Shown: one piece after another, positions 60,139 to 64,000 of the stretch
Layout of the letters: the number at the start of each line of letters is the position of its first letter
Position numbering within the stretch: position 1 is the stretch's first letter
Origin: Tepidisphaera sp.
GTDB lineage: Bacteria > Planctomycetota > Phycisphaerae > Phycisphaerales > UBA1924
DNA length: 64,000 bases
Direction of reading: 5' to 3'
Assembly (NCBI GenBank): GCA_050916045.1
Contig: CP051526.1
Coordinates: 2,016,001-2,080,000, forward strand
Program-made: the position numbers and the translations under genes
Notes under the pieces: model-generated
Database searches by the model: none
What the model was told of the DNA's origin: nothing
Seen by the model: the letters and a program-made list of their open reading frames with translations, nothing else

Positions 60139-60321
60139 GTGCCGAATCATCACCTGCCAACGAAGGTCTGCGTCCGGTGCAAACGCGAGTTCGCCTGGCG
60201 GAAGAAATGGGAGCGTGACTGGGAGCAGGTGAAGTACTGTTCCAAGAAGTGCGCCGCGACGAAGGCGGAGGCTTCAGAGCCGCAGACCGAGCCGGCTCGC
60301 GACCGGTCAAGATCCAGATAA
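60139..60321 (+). CDS. DUF2256-like small Cys protein
   Basis: [38 protein letters not shown] upstream. Confidence 0.88.
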   Translation: MPNHHLPTKVCVRCKREFAWRKKWERDWEQVKYCSKKCAATKAEASEPQTEPARDRSRSR

Positions 60322-60376
60322 TCTCGGAAGGTCCGAGCGTGCAGCCTGAAGCGGCTTTCGGTACGATGTGACGCCC

Positions 60377-61762
60377 ATGGCGTCTCCCTGGACGACAGAT
60401 CGTGTGCTTTCGCTGGCTCCGGACTCAGCGTCGTCGTCCGCCGGGCAGGCTTTAGGGTCGCCGTCGAAATGGAAGTCGCTGGGTCGGAGCGATCGGGCGA
60501 TCTGGGGGCTGTGCCAGGGAAGCGGGAAGGACCCGTACCAGGCGCGGATCGATCTTTCCGAGCCTGCTTTTAAGTGTTCGTGCCCGAGCAGGAAGTTTCC
60601 GTGCAAGCACGGGCTGGGCCTGCTGCTTTGCTTTGCGAAGAGCGAAAGCTCGTTTAAACAGGAATCCGAGCCCGGGTGGGTATCGGACTGGCTCGCGACG
60701 CGGGGCGAACGAGCCGAGAAGAAAGCGGAGAAGGCAGCCACGGCCGCGGAGAAGCCGGTCGACGTGGAGAGCCAAGCGGCGCGGCAGGCCAAACGCGAAG
60801 CACGCGTCAAGGATGGCGTGGAAGAGTGCCGGGTCTGGCTTGAGGATCTGGCCAGGCGCGGGCTTGCGGCGGCGCAGGCCGAACCGCAGTCATTTTGGGA
60901 GAAGCCAGCGGCACGAATGGTGGATGCGCAGGCGGCCGGGCTTGCGAACGCGATCCGGCGGATCGGCGAAGCAGTGTCGTCGGGCGAGGGGTGGCACGAA
61001 CGGACGCTCGACCTGATGGGAAAGCTCTATCTGCTGCTTGCGGCGGCGGACAAACTGGACTCGCTTCCGCCGGACCTTGCCGGTGACACGCGGGTCGCGC
61101 TCGGGTGGACGCAGAGCAAGGAAGAGGCGCTGGCTCAACCGGCGACGGCGGATCGGTGGGTGGTCCTGGGGCAGGTCCTTGAGGAAGAGGACCGGCTGCG
61201 GCTGCGTCGGTCGTGGCTGATGGGACGCAGTTCGCGGCGAGCGGCGCTGGTGCTCGACTTCGCAGCAGGAAGCCAGCCGTTTGACGGATCGCTGGTGCCG
61301 GGGACGGAGTTTGACGGAGAGGTGGTGTTCTATCCGTCGCGGTTGCCGCTTCGTGCGTTGGTCAAAGCACGCGGAGCGACGACGTCGAGTGTCGCGCCGT
61401 GCGGGCCTGGGTTCGGGCATGCGACGTGTGAGCAGGCGCTGGGGGCGTATGCGGCCGCGCTGGGAAACGTGCCGTGGCTGGCCCGCTGGCCGATGTTCCT
61501 CGAAGGCGTGAAGCCGGGCATACGCGGGGATCGTGCGTTGCTGGTGGATGCGTCGGGTCGCGGGTTGCCGATCTCGAAGCGTTACACGGAGCTTTGGCGG
61601 CTGATCTCGGTGAGCGGCGGGCGGGCGATGAACGTCATGGGCGAGTGGGATGGCGAAGCGCTGCTTCCGCTCGCGGCGCTGCCGGGCGCGGTTGTTTCGG
61701 GCGTGACGGGGAGCGGCGTGGAAAGCCGGTTTGAGGATCTTGCGCCGAGGTGGGCGGCATGA
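60377..61762 (+). CDS. SWIM zinc-finger protein
   Basis: WGLCQGSGKDPY, FKCSCPSRKFPCKH. Confidence 0.9.
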   Translation: MASPWTTDRVLSLAPDSASSSAGQALGSPSKWKSLGRSDRAIWGLCQGSGKDPYQARIDLSEPAFKCSCPSRKFPCKHGLGLLLCFAKSESSFKQESEPGWVSDWLATRGERAEKKAEKAATAAEKPVDVESQAARQAKREARVKDGVEECRVWLEDLARRGLAAAQAEPQSFWEKPAARMVDAQAAGLANAIRRIGEAVSSGEGWHERTLDLMGKLYLLLAAADKLDSLPPDLAGDTRVALGWTQSKEEALAQPATADRWVVLGQVLEEEDRLRLRRSWLMGRSSRRAALVLDFAAGSQPFDGSLVPGTEFDGEVVFYPSRLPLRALVKARGATTSSVAPCGPGFGHATCEQALGAYAAALGNVPWLARWPMFLEGVKPGIRGDRALLVDASGRGLPISKRYTELWRLISVSGGRAMNVMGEWDGEALLPLAALPGAVVSGVTGSGVESRFEDLAPRWAA

Positions 61763-63276
61763 GCACCCCCACCTTCGAGAACAACTCGCCGCCGGCGCGG
61801 ATGGCGGACCTCGCGGCTTCGGCGTTGCTCGGGACCGAACGGAGAGCGGGAAAGTTGGGCGGAAACGCCGCCCAGCGCCTGCTGCTCGAAGCGGCTGTGC
61901 TCGCAACGCGGCGGAGAGCGGGGCAGGTACCGAGTTTGGCGAAGGACGCGATCCCTGAATGTCCACCAGACCCCCTGCGACCCGTGGGAACCGCGAGCGC
62001 GGCAACCTTGCGCCTGCTGCTTGGGAATCCGGATGAGCTCTTGATCGAGGAATGGGCGGAGCTTGCGGCGGCTCGCGGGCTTCGTGTTCCGGACGCGCTG
62101 GCGGCGGCGATGCTGGACTGGTGGTCGAGCAAGCCGAGGGATTCGCGAGCGATCCGCGCCGCTCTGGGTGTGAGGCTTGGCTGGCTTGGGAGTCTCAATC
62201 CCGCCTGGAGCGGAAAGTCCGTGCGGGCCTCACTGCCGCAGGATCTCGAGCAGGTATGGCAGACGGGAGCGTTGCCGGAGCGGCTGACGATGCTAAAGGC
62301 AGTGCGACGCATCGAGCCCGCGCGCGCGGAGGGGCTGCTCCGATCCACATGGGATCAGGACAACGCGGATGAACGCAAGCGGTTCGTCGAACGGTTCGCC
62401 GACGGGCTTTCGATGGCGGATGAGCCCTTTCTTGAGTGGGTGCTTGATGATCGGTCCAAGCAGGCGCGGGCGGCGGCGTCGGAGCTGCTCGCGAAGCTGC
62501 CGCAGTCGCGGCTTCTGAGCCGGATGGTCGAACGGGCCGCGGCGATGATCCGTATCGAGCCGGGGAAGAGAGGCCTGCTTCGCAGGTCGCCCGACAAGAT
62601 CCTGATCGAACCTCCGCAGGAATGGGACGCGGCTTGGGAACGCGACGGTCTCGAAGAGAAACCACCGGGTGGAATCGGCAAACGGGCATGGTGGCTTCAG
62701 CAGATCTTCTCGGTCGCGCCTCCGCAGAAGGTCTCGGATCGGTCCGGGGTCGCACGCGACAAGCTTCTGGAAGCGGTGGGCGAAAGCGACTACGCGGAGC
62801 AGGCGTTGCATGGGTTGTGCGCCGGTGCCGCGGGCAGCCGCGATGCGGCTTGGTGCAGCGAACTTGCCGCTCGGTTGCTGCTCAAGAAGGCGATCCCTCT
62901 CGACCTCCTGAAGCAATTGTGGCAAAGCCTGCCCGACACGGAGTCGGAATCGCTGCTTCTGCGAGTTCTGAAAGCGGACGAACTGCCCTGGGACGATCGC
63001 TGCCATCTGTTTGGATCGGTGACAGGCCGCCGCTCACGCACGTTTTCCGAGCTGTTGTGCAGAGCCCTGAACGACGCAAGGCCGGAGAAGCTGGTCAACA
63101 CCTGGTCGGCTCAGGATGCGTGCGACCGTGCGGGTTACTGGCTTCATCCTGACGCTTTGCCGGAGTACGAATTGCTTCTCAAGAACATTTTCCGCAAGGA
63201 ACTGCACCCCTCGGCGAGCAGATCCGTTGACCGAGTCCGCTTTCGCGCGGACATGCACAAGGAGTTCGCGTCGTGA
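61759..63276 (+). CDS. DUF5691-like helical protein
   Basis: ALLGTER, DEPFLEWVLDDRSK, FRADMHKEF; lies between SWIM and AAA genes with 4-bp overlaps. Confidence 0.8.
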   Translation: MSTPTFENNSPPARMADLAASALLGTERRAGKLGGNAAQRLLLEAAVLATRRRAGQVPSLAKDAIPECPPDPLRPVGTASAATLRLLLGNPDELLIEEWAELAAARGLRVPDALAAAMLDWWSSKPRDSRAIRAALGVRLGWLGSLNPAWSGKSVRASLPQDLEQVWQTGALPERLTMLKAVRRIEPARAEGLLRSTWDQDNADERKRFVERFADGLSMADEPFLEWVLDDRSKQARAAASELLAKLPQSRLLSRMVERAAAMIRIEPGKRGLLRRSPDKILIEPPQEWDAAWERDGLEEKPPGGIGKRAWWLQQIFSVAPPQKVSDRSGVARDKLLEAVGESDYAEQALHGLCAGAAGSRDAAWCSELAARLLLKKAIPLDLLKQLWQSLPDTESESLLLRVLKADELPWDDRCHLFGSVTGRRSRTFSELLCRALNDARPEKLVNTWSAQDACDRAGYWLHPDALPEYELLLKNIFRKELHPSASRSVDRVRFRADMHKEFAS

Positions 63277-64000
63277 GCACAACCGCCACCCCGTCCAACG
63301 TGCTTCGCTCCACCGCCGAAAGCCAGTACGCGGCCGAGCTCGCCGCGCTCGCGAAAGCCGACGACCGGGCCAAGCCGCCCAAGTGGAAGCTCTCCCCGCA
63401 GGCGGTCGTCGCATACCTCATGGGCGGCAAGCTCAAGGACGGCACGGTGATCACGCCCAAGTACGTGGGCAATCAGCGGCTGATCGAGATCGCGGTCGCG
63501 ACCCTCGCGACGGACCGGGCGCTGCTGCTCCTAGGCGTGCCGGGGACCGCCAAGAGCTGGGTGAGCGAGCACCTCGCCGCGGCGATCAGCGGGGATTCGA
63601 CCATGATGGTGCAGGGAACGGCGGGAACGCCGGAGGAAGCGATCCGCTACGGGTGGAACTACGCGATGCTGCTGGCAAAGGGCCCAACGCGCGAAGCCAT
63701 GGTGCCAAGCCCGGTGATGCGCGGGATGACCGAGGGCAAGATCGTTCGCGTGGAGGAGCTGACGCGCGTGCCGAGCGATGTGCAGGACACGCTGATCACC
63801 ATCCTGTCCGAAAAGACACTTCCCATTCCCGAGATCAGCGAGGAGGTACGCGCGATCAAGGGATTCAACATCATCGCGACGGCCAACGACCGCGACAAGG
63901 GCGTCAACGAGCTTTCGAGCGCCCTGCGGCGTCGTTTCAATACGGTCGTCCTGCCCGTGCCCGACACCGTGGATGAAGAGATCCAGATCGTGCAGCGCCG
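63273..64000 (+). CDS. MoxR/YehL-like AAA+ ATPase (truncated by window end)
   Basis: Manually translated: TPKYVG, LLLGVPGTAKSWVSEHL, EELTR, ATANDRDKGVNELSSALRRRF. Confidence 0.92.
   Translation, partial: MSTTATPSNVLRSTAESQYAAELAALAKADDRAKPPKWKLSPQAVVAYLMGGKLKDGTVITPKYVGNQRLIEIAVATLATDRALLLLGVPGTAKSWVSEHLAAAISGDSTMMVQGTAGTPEEAIRYGWNYAMLLAKGPTREAMVPSPVMRGMTEGKIVRVEELTRVPSDVQDTLITILSEKTLPIPEISEEVRAIKGFNIIATANDRDKGVNELSSALRRRFNTVVLPVPDTVDEEIQIVQR

Overview
High-GC bacterial chromosomal segment, most consistent with Planctomycetota, probably Phycisphaerae. This is an inference from several prepilin/H-X9-DG-type proteins, PEP-CTERM-like VPxPG...RRR tails and an FHA-GspE ATPase. It holds about 55 genes. 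These include a his operon with hisHF and hisA-hisI-hisE fusions, panB, hutI, serS, mutS, mntR, fatty-acid catabolism genes, tRNA-Pro(CGG), SbtA, an FeS photolyase and the start of a SWIM/DUF5691/YehL-like AAA cluster. Five observations stand out. (1) A compositionally distinct three-gene cassette (membrane-anchored exported protein, 10-Cys secreted mini-protein, MauE-pilin fusion) has a G16 tract between its -35 and -10 boxes, a candidate phase-variation switch, and sits next to a GspE/pilin pair. (2) A leaderless His-rich leader peptide with terminator and antiterminator precedes hisG. (3) A yybP-ykoY riboswitch precedes terC and a voltage-gated-type channel with an acidic TGDDW filter. (4) A stand-alone Y1 transposase is flanked by GTAG REP-like palindromes, with a related copy 15 kb away. 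(5) Many genes have leaderless TAnnnT-N5-9-start architecture. All calls come from manual reading of motifs. No searches were run, and start codons are best estimates.
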